Below are positions 41,762-51,889 of a stretch of 64,000 bases of DNA, one piece after another. Under the pieces are notes generated by a model, which saw nothing but the letters and a program-made list of their open reading frames with translations, was not told the origin of the DNA and made no database searches. Within the stretch, counting starts at the first letter, position 1. Each line of letters starts with the position of its first letter. The DNA is from a virus: positions 1-64,000 of the IMG/VR virus record IMGVR_UViG_3300036770_003758. One strand, 5' to 3'. The position numbers were made by a program, and so were the translations under genes.

Positions 41762-42537
41762 ACAGTAAAGAATTTGTACGCCTCAAGTACTTTATCTGGC
41801 CTTGCAATAGACACTTCACGATCTTTACCTATCGTATAGGTCATTGCTTGGTACAGATCATACCTGGTGTATACACCATCTGGCTTGTGATACTTACCGT
41901 TAGGCTTAAACGATAAGTCCATCATCTGAGAAAAGTGTGTCTTCATCGCAATAGCTTTGTGAGCTTTGAGTGCCACCTGGCCAATGACACGTTCAAGTTG
42001 CTCACCTTGTAATTGTTCGCCAGTAAGTAATGCGTGTGCTTGTACAAGTTCTTGCCTACGTGTATCGATACGCTGTAGGTAGCTATCAATCGCCTCGTAA
42101 ATCGCGCCAAAATCTGTAGATGCAAAGTCACGCTGTGCAATATCTACCGCATTGAACACAGATAGGTTCAAACATGCTTGGTTCTCAAAACCTAAGTACA
42201 CCTTCATGATAGGTTTACTTACGTCATGGGCGTAGAGAAAACCAACAACTGTTTTGTACTTGTCGCTACCAAAGACTTGATCTTCAGTGTTGAGCACAGC
42301 TTCTACAAGTACGCGATCTGCGAACATGTACTTCTCGGCAATTTCACCGCCCTCAGTAGTATCTACTGCTTTGCGGTTAGGTTCTTGCACGTAGCAGTTG
42401 TAGCTACTAACATGTGACGATAGCTTTGCGAACGCAGGTGTAAGCACTGCTTCCGGCGAAGGTAGTGTTAGAAACTGATTACCTTCTTGTTGTGACGCTT
42501 TGTAGCGCAACAAGTCACTTAATTGAACTTGCTTCAT
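41758..42537 (-). CDS. DUF932-like protein
   Basis: ACLNLSVF and T.YDLYQAMT patterns; ATG 42537 preferred. Confidence 0.5.
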   Translation of the reverse strand: MKQVQLSDLLRYKASQQEGNQFLTLPSPEAVLTPAFAKLSSHVSSYNCYVQEPNRKAVDTTEGGEIAEKYMFADRVLVEAVLNTEDQVFGSDKYKTVVGFLYAHDVSKPIMKVYLGFENQACLNLSVFNAVDIAQRDFASTDFGAIYEAIDSYLQRIDTRRQELVQAHALLTGEQLQGEQLERVIGQVALKAHKAIAMKTHFSQMMDLSFKPNGKYHKPDGVYTRYDLYQAMTYTIGKDREVSIARPDKVLEAYKFFTV

Positions 42538-42557
42538 GGTAAAGTATTTATTGATTA

Positions 42558-43502
42558 TTAATTCCAAATAGATGGGATATCTAACGCATCTTGTTCTCTA
42601 GGCTCAAAGTATTCAACCCAGCCTTTAATGCGCATACGGTGTTTTACGATGCTGTCGTTAATGTAAATATCACCAAGGTCTTTAACAGCACCGTATTTAG
42701 CAATCTGTAAATCTAAATCTGAAATATCTATAGTCACACAGGTATTATCTACTTTAGAATACACAGCAATATGACATGTTACTGGCTTATCGTAAATAAG
42801 CTGTAACGCTTCACGATAAAATGATAGCTGCATATCAGTTCTACGCCTACGTATTTCAGTGTTGTAATCTTCAATAGGTAACTCTGTGTACTTGATGTCG
42901 TAGAGTTCAATGCTATCTTCATTAAACACAACTAGGTCTATAAGACCTTTACATTCTTTACCGTTGTACTTAAAGTACACAGGCTTTTGAGCTTCATGCT
43001 CTGACGCTAGCTGATCTTTGAGGTGATATCTGAGTAGTTCACTGGGCGCATACAGGTTAATGCGTAAATCAGCAGGTACTAATTTTCTATCACCTTGTAG
43101 ATGTAGATGTTCTAAATACTTTTGACCGTTTTTATTTACAACTACTGTGTTGATTCGAGTAGGTGTTTTATAACGCATGTTGTATTCTAGTTCATCCATG
43201 ATTTGAACTAGACCTTCTGTATTGCGATGTAGTTCTTTTTCTTCAGGAAATCTTTTGTAATAGGTATCTACAATCTGTTTTACTTTACCTGTAGGCATTG
43301 CTGAAGATTGAGTCCACTCACAAAATAACTTTGTGTACAGTGATGGTGTGAGGACTAAGCAGTCAAAGATAGAACCTTTGAGTAACGCAGGGTTATCATC
43401 ATTCTTTTCTTTTCTTGCTATTCCCAGCTCTACTTTTATTTGACTTTGGCTTATTGCTGGGTGATTGTAGTACTCCTTGATTTGTTGCACCTTCGTATCC
43501 AT
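42558..43502 (-). CDS. PD-(D/E)xK exonuclease (RecE/ExoVIII-like)
   Basis: YYNHPAISQSQIK, GSIFD, CKGLIDLV..YDIK, QLSFY. Confidence 0.8.
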   Translation of the reverse strand: MDTKVQQIKEYYNHPAISQSQIKVELGIARKEKNDDNPALLKGSIFDCLVLTPSLYTKLFCEWTQSSAMPTGKVKQIVDTYYKRFPEEKELHRNTEGLVQIMDELEYNMRYKTPTRINTVVVNKNGQKYLEHLHLQGDRKLVPADLRINLYAPSELLRYHLKDQLASEHEAQKPVYFKYNGKECKGLIDLVVFNEDSIELYDIKYTELPIEDYNTEIRRRRTDMQLSFYREALQLIYDKPVTCHIAVYSKVDNTCVTIDISDLDLQIAKYGAVKDLGDIYINDSIVKHRMRIKGWVEYFEPREQDALDIPSIWN

Positions 43503-43845
43503 GTTCTTTAAGGTATGAAGTTATTAATTTGATGAATGTTTCTTCAGTCATTGTCACGTAAGTACCGTGCCTTGGTTTTTTATGAAACAAGACATTAAGT
43601 AAGTTCTTAGGCATTGCGTCTAAGACTTCTATGTAATTAGGTCTGTTGATGTAATATTTACATTGTACACCAAAGTCACCAGTGTTTACAAGGTCAATGC
43701 CTTTATCATCTGCGTGCTTAGACATTAAACGAGAAGTAGCTACATTATCAAAACCTAATAGTTTAAACAATGCAGCTACTTTGCGTTCATACGCATGGCC
43801 ACTAGTCCTGTTTCTCTTACCAATACTCGCTTTGTCTTTTTTCAT
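43399..43845 (-). CDS. Holliday-junction resolvase-like PD-(D/E)xK nuclease
   Basis: GHAYERKVA...GIDLV...VQCK. Confidence 0.7.
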   Translation of the reverse strand: MKKDKASIGKRNRTSGHAYERKVAALFKLLGFDNVATSRLMSKHADDKGIDLVNTGDFGVQCKYYINRPNYIEVLDAMPKNLLNVLFHKKPRHGTYVTMTEETFIKLITSYLKEHGYEGATNQGVLQSPSNKPKSNKSRAGNSKKRKE

Positions 43846-43847
43846 AA

Positions 43848-44534
43848 TTAAAACGGTAATGTAAATTCAAACTGTACGTTGTATATAGATTTGTACAGAT
43901 CAGCAAACTGTTGAAACTTATCTTTGAAGTCTCTGTCTTCATACGAAGCCCTAGCTGGATGTTCAGACGCTATTACATAGTTACGTAATGGAAATACTAA
44001 CGTAGATAGTTTAATAGCTTCTTGACCCATAAAGTAAAAGATAATGTCTTGCTTATTATCGTTGAGCCATCCAATAAGTACTTTACTAAACGCAGACCAC
44101 AGTTCTACATGTGCAGTGGGATTACTCGGTATTGCTGTTAACGCAGTGTTTAACAATAGTACACCTTGTTGTCTCCACATACTAAGATCTGATTGTAGAT
44201 ACTCACTAATAGGATCTTGTTTAGTTATCCTACGTATAGAATCTGCAATCTTTTGTAAGCTTTTAGGCCATTCGTGATAACTACGACCTGTTTCTTCAAT
44301 AGCAAACGCATATCCACATGCGTGATCTGTACCGTCAATAAACTTACCTGGATATGGACTCAAGCCTACAATAACAGCTTTAACATCATCTACAGGCATT
44401 TCAAAAGCCCTAAATATATTAGGACCTGGTTGTGGCTTGTATGTTCCTGGCGTGAGCTGTGCCATAATATCTGGCACAAGCTCAAACGCAGGACACTTTA
44501 TCCAACTTTCATGCGCTAACTTTGGTTTTGTCAC
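43848..44534 (-). CDS. ung: uracil-DNA glycosylase family 1-like protein with altered catalytic motif
   Basis: IFRAF, VKAVIVGLSPYP (canonical GQDPY), WRQQGVLLLNTALT, SEHPA. Confidence 0.8.
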   Translation of the reverse strand: MTKPKLAHESWIKCPAFELVPDIMAQLTPGTYKPQPGPNIFRAFEMPVDDVKAVIVGLSPYPGKFIDGTDHACGYAFAIEETGRSYHEWPKSLQKIADSIRRITKQDPISEYLQSDLSMWRQQGVLLLNTALTAIPSNPTAHVELWSAFSKVLIGWLNDNKQDIIFYFMGQEAIKLSTLVFPLRNYVIASEHPARASYEDRDFKDKFQQFADLYKSIYNVQFEFTLPF

Positions 44535-44767
44535 AGTCTTGGTTCTTTAAGATATTTAATTTTTACACGACTTGGATCTACTACACGAGTAAAAGTATCT
44601 CCAAAGTGTTTTGCTTCTTCAAAATTATCAAACTCGAATTGCATTTCGTACATCGTGTTTAATGTTAAAAAATCTTTCAAGGTCTCAGAACTCATTATTT
44701 TCTCTTTAAACTTAAGTAAATCCTGAGAGCTTTTAAATTCCATAAACACTGGATAGCTAAAATTCAT
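44531..44767 (-). CDS. hypothetical protein
   Basis: 78 aa, 4-nt overlaps with neighbours. Confidence 0.7.
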   Translation of the reverse strand: MNFSYPVFMEFKSSQDLLKFKEKIMSSETLKDFLTLNTMYEMQFEFDNFEEAKHFGDTFTRVVDPSRVKIKYLKEPRL

Positions 44768-45024
44768 TTTTTAGGTATTAATACACTGTACAAAGCATTT
44801 TCAACTTCACTTGGATGGTAAATAACTTCTCCAGCAGGTAACACAATAACTTCAGTCTTAATTAAATAAGCGCCGAAATCACTAGGGTTTATTTCAGGAA
44901 AGCTATCTAAAAGCAACCTGATTTCATGCGCAGTATAACCTTCTTTGTTAGCTCTTTTAAACTCAGAAGTTACCGCGCTAACTTTTTCTACTGCTTCAAA
45001 TACTTTTTGTTTTAATGCGTCCAT
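44764..45024 (-). CDS. hypothetical protein
   Basis: MDALKQK..., ATG 45024 preferred. Confidence 0.7.
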   Translation of the reverse strand: MDALKQKVFEAVEKVSAVTSEFKRANKEGYTAHEIRLLLDSFPEINPSDFGAYLIKTEVIVLPAGEVIYHPSEVENALYSVLIPKK

Positions 45025-45128
45025 AGTTCTATAATTGTAGTTATTAAAATACCTATGCACATACCTAATAGCATAGCGACTATAGTTATCACTACACCTA
45101 ATACTAAATACAGTCAGCGTTTACTCAT
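45012..45128 (-). pseudogene. single-TM micro-ORF interrupted by an in-frame TGA at codon 5
   Basis: MSKR*LYLVLGVVITIVAMLLGMCIGILITTIIELWTH; fills the gap between thyX and the next gene. Confidence 0.45.
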
Positions 45129-45783
45129 AGCCCATTGCCTCAGATACTACAGGGAACCTGTGTTTAAATAGTGAAAGAATTTCATAAGCTACCTGACGAT
45201 GTTCTAGCTGCGTGTGTTCATCACAACGTACAGAAAGATAATGTATCCAAGAACGTACAGAACCTTTCATGTACATCGTAGTACTGGTAGCTAACGGTAA
45301 TATACTTCTTGCAGTTTCTCTAGATACATCAGCGTTTAACAACGCTTCATACGCATCAAAAGTAAGATCTGTGACCATACTTACAAGTTCATCAGCTTGG
45401 TACTGTTGATCGTGCAATGTTACAATAGGATTAAATTCTTCTTCAGAAGATTGTCTATTGTTCTTAGCTTGTTTACGTAAAGAGATAGGTTCTATGCCTT
45501 GTGCATTTGCATATCTCTGTGAACGTTCTTGAAAAGAAAAAGAACGATGTCTAAGAATCTGTGCTGCTATAAATCTACTGGTTACAATCTCAACAGTATA
45601 ATCTACCATTTCAAAAGGAGACCAGTGTTTTTTGTTGATCAGGTAGCGTAAAAGCTTAGGTGCTGTATTTAAGTTAAGTTGATTCTCTGGATTACTAACC
45701 CTAGCTTCATACACAATTAGATCTTCTGCTTTATCAATACCTTTTACTAAAGGCATTGTGATAGATACTTCAGATACTTTCAT
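45121..45783 (-). CDS. thyX: flavin-dependent thymidylate synthase
   Basis: HWSPFE, RHRSFSFQERSQRY (RHRx7S), ETARSILP, HTQLEHR. Confidence 0.95.
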   Translation of the reverse strand: MKVSEVSITMPLVKGIDKAEDLIVYEARVSNPENQLNLNTAPKLLRYLINKKHWSPFEMVDYTVEIVTSRFIAAQILRHRSFSFQERSQRYANAQGIEPISLRKQAKNNRQSSEEEFNPIVTLHDQQYQADELVSMVTDLTFDAYEALLNADVSRETARSILPLATSTTMYMKGSVRSWIHYLSVRCDEHTQLEHRQVAYEILSLFKHRFPVVSEAMGYE

Positions 45784-45788
45784 AGTGT

Positions 45789-46028
45789 TTACATTAACGA
45801 TAGGATAAATTCATAAGCTTGTGCTAATTTTTCGACATGAGTTTGCTTACTAGAATTTTCCATAATGTGATTAAATATAAGACTTAAACTCTTTACTTGT
45901 AAGGAGTCGTCTATGTTTAGATTAGGTATTTCGTGTTCGCTGTAATGGGTTAGATACAGAGACATTATCCTTAACTTCTGTATCTTCGGTAGCCTTTGAA
46001 AACTTTCTGATAAATCTGCGATGTTCAT
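45789..46028 (-). CDS. hypothetical protein
   Basis: MNIADLSES..., ATG 46028. Confidence 0.6.
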   Translation of the reverse strand: MNIADLSESFQRLPKIQKLRIMSLYLTHYSEHEIPNLNIDDSLQVKSLSLIFNHIMENSSKQTHVEKLAQAYEFILSLM

Positions 46029-46119
46029 TTTTTGGATTTTTAGAACAATAATACAAATCATTTACGGTTTTACAACCATTTTCTTGACCACAAACTACAC
46101 ATTTCTCAACTTGCTTCAT
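45922..46119 (-). CDS. small Cys-rich (Zn-ribbon-like) protein
   Basis: CVVC..C..YYC; fills the gap after the DUF3310 gene but overlaps the next gene by about 100 nt. Confidence 0.4.
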   Translation of the reverse strand: MKQVEKCVVCGQENGCKTVNDLYYCSKNPKNEHRRFIRKFSKATEDTEVKDNVSVSNPLQRTRNT

Positions 46120-46321
46120 CTTCTAAGTTTTTTATATGCCTGTTTAAATACCACTGTGCTTTTTTAAGATCTTCAATAGTCTTGTTTTCATCTTTGCGAC
46201 CTGCACGTAGTATGTACTTAAGCACGTTACCTAAATGAAACCCTAAGTTTTTAGCTTCAATGATTTTAATAGGCTCGTAAATATCATCTTTACCGCCATA
46301 ATGTTCTGGATGATCTATCAT
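46106..46321 (-). CDS. DUF3310 family protein
   Basis: IDHPEHY, FHLGNVLKYILRAGRK, EDLKKAQWYL. Confidence 0.9.
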   Translation of the reverse strand: MIDHPEHYGGKDDIYEPIKIIEAKNLGFHLGNVLKYILRAGRKDENKTIEDLKKAQWYLNRHIKNLEDEAS

Positions 46322-47292
46322 TGTAGTGCAGTTATTAACATGTTTCTAGCAATATTGCTAAAACCAGCAACAACTAAATCATCAGTGTCTTTACCTAGTT
46401 GTTGTGGGTAAAACAACTTTTTACTGTCAGTGATCATAGAACTTAACCTTTTAGCACCTTCTACACCAGCTTGATCATTGTCGTATACAATAACTTTTTT
46501 AGAGTACTTATTTAAAAAGCTAAGGTCAGAAGGTATAGTACCTTCACTTTGAAAAGCGTATGTATCGCATCCTGTAAGCTTGTTAATAAGCAATCCGTCT
46601 TTGTAAGATTTTGTAACGATACAACTAGGTGTACCTGTTTCCCATTTCCACACGTCGTTTTTAACAGCAGTAGATAATGGAAATCTTTTATCTTTTTCGT
46701 TGTACGGACAATACATTTTAAACCTTAGTGTATCTTGAAATGTAAGTGCATAGCATGGATATGTCTTAGGATAATATGCTCTACCATCCACCCAATATCT
46801 ATACACAGAATAACAAGGTTGCTTAGATTGTAATAACTCAGGATAAGATACATCTCTCTTAGCCCAGTAATCTACATCAGATAAAGTGTATGTGACTTCA
46901 CCGTTGTCCATGTAAGCTTCGTAATACACATCTTTTTTAGTATCTGTTTGCGTGACAACAAACTGTGTTACTTTAAACATAGGCCTGTTAACACTTATTG
47001 GTACTTTGTGGTATACAAAATTAGCTAACAGTTGTTCAGCTTCGTTAAATTGTATACCTTTGAGGTGCGCAAGTGCGTGTATTACAGTATATTTATTATA
47101 CTCTTGAAAAGCCCAATCAGTAAATAACATGATACCGTTGTACGTACGCAGATAACAATTAGCTCTAGTATCTGCTCTAAATGGACTAGTGATTAATTGA
47201 TTAGGTTCTACATCTTGACCTAATACCATAGACCATAACACACGCTGATCTACATTGCGCAAGTTAAATTTGGTGTTTGTAATTCCATACAT
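46318..47292 (-). CDS. DNA primase (Toprim)
   Basis: SPFR.D, IVTKSYKD, QSE, VYDNDQAG, KDTDD. Confidence 0.85.
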   Translation of the reverse strand: MYGITNTKFNLRNVDQRVLWSMVLGQDVEPNQLITSPFRADTRANCYLRTYNGIMLFTDWAFQEYNKYTVIHALAHLKGIQFNEAEQLLANFVYHKVPISVNRPMFKVTQFVVTQTDTKKDVYYEAYMDNGEVTYTLSDVDYWAKRDVSYPELLQSKQPCYSVYRYWVDGRAYYPKTYPCYALTFQDTLRFKMYCPYNEKDKRFPLSTAVKNDVWKWETGTPSCIVTKSYKDGLLINKLTGCDTYAFQSEGTIPSDLSFLNKYSKKVIVYDNDQAGVEGAKRLSSMITDSKKLFYPQQLGKDTDDLVVAGFSNIARNMLITALQ

Positions 47293-47305
47293 GACGGTTT
47301 TGTTT

Positions 47306-47343
47306 AAAAAGAGAAGGAGGTACCTGCAAAGTACCTCCCTTCT
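47306..47343 (-). terminator. rho-independent terminator
   Basis: agaaggaggtac-ctgcaaa-gtacctcccttct stem followed by a U-run on the - strand. Confidence 0.7.
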
Positions 47344-47355
47344 AAAAATGGAAAA

Positions 47356-48009
47356 TCAAAAGTCGGTTTCACCTTTAATTACAGGCGCTGGTGCATTAGG
47401 GTTATCCTTAGTCCAGCGTACTGATTTCATGTACTTGGTGTCTGGGTCTCCAATCTTCTTAGGGTTGAGAACCGTACAGAAGAAATCTCCAACTACGTAC
47501 ATCTCATCAGGTACTTCCATGTACTGTGAGTTAGCTTTGAACCCTGCTGCAATAGTACCTTCTACGGTGTTGTACGAAGCAGGTAACATGGACTTAGCCA
47601 TGATTACAAATTGATCAAAGCTAGGCTCGTGGACACCAGGTACAAAGTTATTGGCTTGCACCCATTGGTTTATCTTTTCCACCCATACATCTTCGGTAAC
47701 AAACCCTGTGACGATATGCTTGATGTAAGAGCTGAGGTCTTTCATCTTTGAGCCTGCAATATCATCAACAGTGCGCACGGTACCGTCTTTTTTCTTGAAC
47801 CTTTCCGGGTATTTGTCAAGGTCAGAAGCAATTTTGCCCTTGTCGATGGGAAACTTGCGAACGCTTAGATCTAAGCCATTTTCAAGCTTAAATACAATGT
47901 CCAGCACAGGGCCTTTGTACTTATCTGTTGTCACCATGGACAACTCGAACTTCTCCAGCGTGCACTTCTGTACACCAGCTTTTGTTGATGGAGTGGTTTC
48001 TCCGTACAT
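47356..48009 (-). CDS. putative ssDNA-binding protein
   Basis: Downstream of the Sak4-like ATPase; acidic-aromatic C-terminus (GETDF). Confidence 0.5.
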   Translation of the reverse strand: MYGETTPSTKAGVQKCTLEKFELSMVTTDKYKGPVLDIVFKLENGLDLSVRKFPIDKGKIASDLDKYPERFKKKDGTVRTVDDIAGSKMKDLSSYIKHIVTGFVTEDVWVEKINQWVQANNFVPGVHEPSFDQFVIMAKSMLPASYNTVEGTIAAGFKANSQYMEVPDEMYVVGDFFCTVLNPKKIGDPDTKYMKSVRWTKDNPNAPAPVIKGETDF

Positions 48010-48023
48010 AACGATAATATTTA

Positions 48024-48788
48024 TTAGTTAAGAAAATCCGTTTCTAACCCAAAATACTCAGATATCACCTTTAACGCTTCACCTGCGTCGTTGATCAAAG
48101 TACCATCGCCTTTGAACATACCGTAAGGTGCTCGTGCTGGAGTATCACCGAGTGGCTTAGTCCTGAACACATACTTAGGTTGTTGTGTCATAGGATCTGT
48201 TTGCACATCGGTGACTAAGATAATGTCCCAGAGCGAAGCTAAAGGTACATTCTTTTTCAACATTTGACCAGCACAAGATATTTCATGTTTGGTTCGCATA
48301 ATGTAACCATCCATGATTTCTGTTGCTGTCAAGTGAAAGTTAAAAATAATAAATAAATCTTCTCGGTTCAACTTAGGGTTAGCAGTAATTTTATCTAAGG
48401 CATCAAACATTTTGTAAGTGTTGACACCTAGATCAGCCCAATCTTGGCGTTCAAGCTTAGACTTTTGCATTACTGTTTTACCCATCGTAAAGTTAGCGTC
48501 GTCAACTACAATAACTTTAATGTCAGGTCTTTTTTCTGCTACGTAAATAAGTACGTCAGCAATCTTTTCTGGATCTATGGTGGCTAAATACCTACCACCT
48601 TCCATGATTTTTTTGTCAGCGTTGAATACATTGCGCCAGTTAGGTACTGGAATAAGCTTACCAGGACCAGCACAGGTAATGTACAACGTCTTGTCAACAG
48701 GTAAACCTTTAATCCCTAGCTCTTCGTTAGGAAATAACGATGTAGTTTTACCTGACGCTGGATAACCAGCAATTACAAATGATACCAT
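48024..48788 (-). CDS. AAA_24/Sak4-like P-loop ATPase
   Basis: GYPASGKTTS Walker A; VIVVDD Walker B; FNFH; ARAPYGMF. Confidence 0.8.
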   Translation of the reverse strand: MVSFVIAGYPASGKTTSLFPNEELGIKGLPVDKTLYITCAGPGKLIPVPNWRNVFNADKKIMEGGRYLATIDPEKIADVLIYVAEKRPDIKVIVVDDANFTMGKTVMQKSKLERQDWADLGVNTYKMFDALDKITANPKLNREDLFIIFNFHLTATEIMDGYIMRTKHEISCAGQMLKKNVPLASLWDIILVTDVQTDPMTQQPKYVFRTKPLGDTPARAPYGMFKGDGTLINDAGEALKVISEYFGLETDFLN

Positions 48789-48800
48789 AATTAATCAGTT

Positions 48801-49862
48801 TTAAATTTCATAAAAGTGTGAACCACCAACAAAACCTAATCGCATATCCGCGTTATCGCCGTAACGATTCTCTACAATGTGCGCAGATCTGTACTTCGCA
48901 GCACCAGCTTGGTTAAACGCTACGAAATCATAGCCCATGTGTTTAGTTAACCTGTAGCTAGGATCTGATGGGTCCATCATGGTAATCATTACGGAACAAT
49001 CTTCGGAGATATTACCAGTATCTTTAATCGAATCTGATGTAGGTTTTATCTTATCACCGTAAAACTTTAACGTATCTACATTTACCCACCTGTTCAAGTG
49101 AATCACACCAATGTTTACATGACCAAATATCCTAGCAGATTCTACAAGGTAACTAGACATTGCGTCTACGTTATCTTTCATACCATAACCACGTTCACGA
49201 TGCAATTGCCGCATGTGGTCTATGATATTAATTACAATCTTGTTAGGGTTATTTGGTTTGTAACCAACAATACGTTCTACTATTTTAGTACCAGTATCTT
49301 CTTGAATGTTATACTGTTGCGTAATCAACGTACCATTTTCACTAGCATGTTGTCTGAAGTACTTGCTTAAACCAGTAGGGTTATCTTTACCTAACCAGTT
49401 TATTTTACCTTTATGTAACAACACACCATCTTCTGAGTACTCGCCAGATATAGGTACTACGTAGTCTTTGTAAATGCGTTCAATAATACGATAATGATCA
49501 TCGCTAACACGAATCCTAGAACCATCTGGGTTTAACTTCCTACCCATAATGTAGTCAGTGCCTAGTATAATCCTATGCTCTAAGTAAATCTTTCTTGAAA
49601 TCATCTTAGCTTCAATATCTTGTCTTGGCATCTCTGTTGATACAAAGTTATACTCGATATCTAAGTCTGGATTAAGTTCAATTAAAGAATTGACAAAGAA
49701 CTCTGTAACAAATGTAGACTTACCTACTTTTTGTTCTGAAGCAATGGCTATGTACATTCCTGGATGTATACCATTCATGTTCATATTCATGGTTTTAGAT
49801 GCTGTTTTAGCACCGTTGATCTCACCACGCATTGCTTTTTGAATGTGAAATAGTAAGCTCAT
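48801..49862 (-). CDS. DnaB-like replicative helicase
   Basis: ASEQKVGKSTF, STEM, IIDH, HLNR, IKDTGNISEDC, ENRYG. Confidence 0.85.
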   Translation of the reverse strand: MSLLFHIQKAMRGEINGAKTASKTMNMNMNGIHPGMYIAIASEQKVGKSTFVTEFFVNSLIELNPDLDIEYNFVSTEMPRQDIEAKMISRKIYLEHRIILGTDYIMGRKLNPDGSRIRVSDDHYRIIERIYKDYVVPISGEYSEDGVLLHKGKINWLGKDNPTGLSKYFRQHASENGTLITQQYNIQEDTGTKIVERIVGYKPNNPNKIVINIIDHMRQLHRERGYGMKDNVDAMSSYLVESARIFGHVNIGVIHLNRWVNVDTLKFYGDKIKPTSDSIKDTGNISEDCSVMITMMDPSDPSYRLTKHMGYDFVAFNQAGAAKYRSAHIVENRYGDNADMRLGFVGGSHFYEI

Positions 49863-50371
49863 TAGGCAATCTTGTAGGCTATGCTAGCGTCATTTCTTAG
49901 AAATGATTTCAATGACTTAGCTTTACCTGTTTGTTGATAATAGTTTGCTGTAGCTTGTATTAGTTTTTCTAGGTTAAAGTCATCCGTAGACATTTTAAAT
50001 CTAGCGAACAACAATCTGGTTTCTTCATCGCTGGTAAGTACAGTGTAATCTTGTAAATTGTAGCTAAAGCCTTGTAGTTGCATACCAGCGTCAATAAGAC
50101 CTTGTAAAAAGCCATCAAAGTCTTTGTCGTTAGGTACATCAACGTACAATGGATAACGTAATGTTACATTGCCATCTTCATCTACAGTGCACAAGTTAAT
50201 CCTGAACAAATGTTCGTTCTCAGTAGTTAGCAAATCTTTGTCGATAAGCTCTTCAAGTAGTCCATGTGTAGGGTGTGCTATCGAGAAACAAAAGAATAGG
50301 GCACTAGCCCTATCTATTGTTATTTCATCGATAGCGTCAAGCAATTTCTGGTTAATCGGTAAAATGTCCAT
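49862..50371 (-). CDS. hypothetical replication-module protein
   Basis: Packed between two helicase genes. Confidence 0.7.
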   Translation of the reverse strand: MDILPINQKLLDAIDEITIDRASALFFCFSIAHPTHGLLEELIDKDLLTTENEHLFRINLCTVDEDGNVTLRYPLYVDVPNDKDFDGFLQGLIDAGMQLQGFSYNLQDYTVLTSDEETRLLFARFKMSTDDFNLEKLIQATANYYQQTGKAKSLKSFLRNDASIAYKIA

Positions 50372-51572
50372 ATTCAAAGTTGTTTAATTCCGCAATGTGC
50401 AAAACCTTTGTCTTTTCTTCATAACCAGCGATAAACTTTTGAAAGTTTACATGGTCTTTGGTTACAGGTACGTACAGAACATAGACTACTGGGTTAACAC
50501 CTCTAGTAGACCTACCTCTTCTCTGAATGTTTTGAATATCCACGCCACTTAACGATAGTATTACTACAGCGTCAATATCAGATAAGTTAATACCTTCGTT
50601 AAGCATACGTACAGTATTCAATACTTTGATCTGTTTCGTGTTGAACTTGAAAATAGCTCTTTCAACTTCTTCTTTGGGCATCTTAGAGTGGATACAAGTA
50701 CCTTCAAGACCTTGTATTTGTTCAATAGTCTCTGCGAATACAACATATCGCTTACCTTTAAGATGTTGCTGTATGTATTGCATGTACTTAGCTTTGTGGT
50801 CAGCTAGTATTCTTTTGCGAAGCGCACCTAACGGTAGCCATCGAGTGTCTTTTACCCACTGTTGTTTACAGTGATAGTAATAGTTTTTCCAATAATCCAT
50901 CTCTGATGATACTACATTAAGGTACTCTTCAAAAGTACAACCTTGCACAAAGAAATCTGTGTTTATAAAACGCTTGCGACGTTCGTAGTCTCTGTATGGA
51001 ATCTCATCACTACCACGGTTCATCCTCTTAACAGGTACGCTGTAAAGGGCTGTATCTAAGTCTACGGGTACTTCTAAGCCAACAATCTTCATTGGTGGTA
51101 TAATACCATTTTTCATACCTTCTGTGAGCGTAATACGCCATGATTTTACGTAGCCAGTAACTTCTTTAAGTAAAGCTCTGCGCTCTGTTGTGATAGAAGC
51201 AGACAAGCAAATACAGTACTCAAACTTGATCTTACGTAAATCTTTAGCTGACTCTGGTGTTAACCTATGACATTCGTCTAAGACGATACCTTTAAACGTA
51301 TGGTTCTCGTACTTATATAAAGAACGGTAATTAACAAACACAAAAGAAGGCTTTAAGTTAAACTTTTTACATTCTTCTATGATGTTTTTTTCTTGAACGT
51401 TCTGTGACATTACCCAAAGCCAAGTGCCACCAATTTCTTTAGGTGCTTTAAGCGCAGGTAATGTTTTACCAACACCAGTTTCCCAGTTTAAAAAGATACG
51501 TTTGTATTCTTTAATAAGCTCTACAGCTTTGTCTTGTATCTGAGTTAGATACTCAAAGTTTTTAGTAAACAT
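50352..51572 (-). CDS. superfamily 2 helicase
   Basis: TGVGKT, DECH, LSAS, LNEGIN, IQRRGR. Confidence 0.9.
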   Translation of the reverse strand: MFTKNFEYLTQIQDKAVELIKEYKRIFLNWETGVGKTLPALKAPKEIGGTWLWVMSQNVQEKNIIEECKKFNLKPSFVFVNYRSLYKYENHTFKGIVLDECHRLTPESAKDLRKIKFEYCICLSASITTERRALLKEVTGYVKSWRITLTEGMKNGIIPPMKIVGLEVPVDLDTALYSVPVKRMNRGSDEIPYRDYERRKRFINTDFFVQGCTFEEYLNVVSSEMDYWKNYYYHCKQQWVKDTRWLPLGALRKRILADHKAKYMQYIQQHLKGKRYVVFAETIEQIQGLEGTCIHSKMPKEEVERAIFKFNTKQIKVLNTVRMLNEGINLSDIDAVVILSLSGVDIQNIQRRGRSTRGVNPVVYVLYVPVTKDHVNFQKFIAGYEEKTKVLHIAELNNFEYGHFTD

Positions 51573-51889
51573 TAGTTGTCATGATTTTCTTTGTAAAAAA
51601 CATACATTTGTCCGTCATCGTCTTCGTACATAGAGCAAAACAACATATCTGAATACAAGAGGTCTTCAACCCTAGACACAGGTTCTCCAGTATAAAAACC
51701 TTCTTGTGCAGATATGTAAAAAGCTATTTTACATTCAGCTATAAGTCTTTCCACACCGTCTTCGTCGTCTAAATCTTCGACAACATCCAGTGCTTCAGCA
51801 AAATAATCTGGATCTAATACCCAGACAAGTAATATATTCTCAGGGTATGTGTCAGCTATAGCTTTAAGCTCCATGTACATTAAGTTCAT
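51572..51889 (-). CDS. small acidic protein
   Basis: 105 aa, D/E-rich. Confidence 0.7.
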   Translation of the reverse strand: MNLMYMELKAIADTYPENILLVWVLDPDYFAEALDVVEDLDDEDGVERLIAECKIAFYISAQEGFYTGEPVSRVEDLLYSDMLFCSMYEDDDGQMYVFYKENHDN

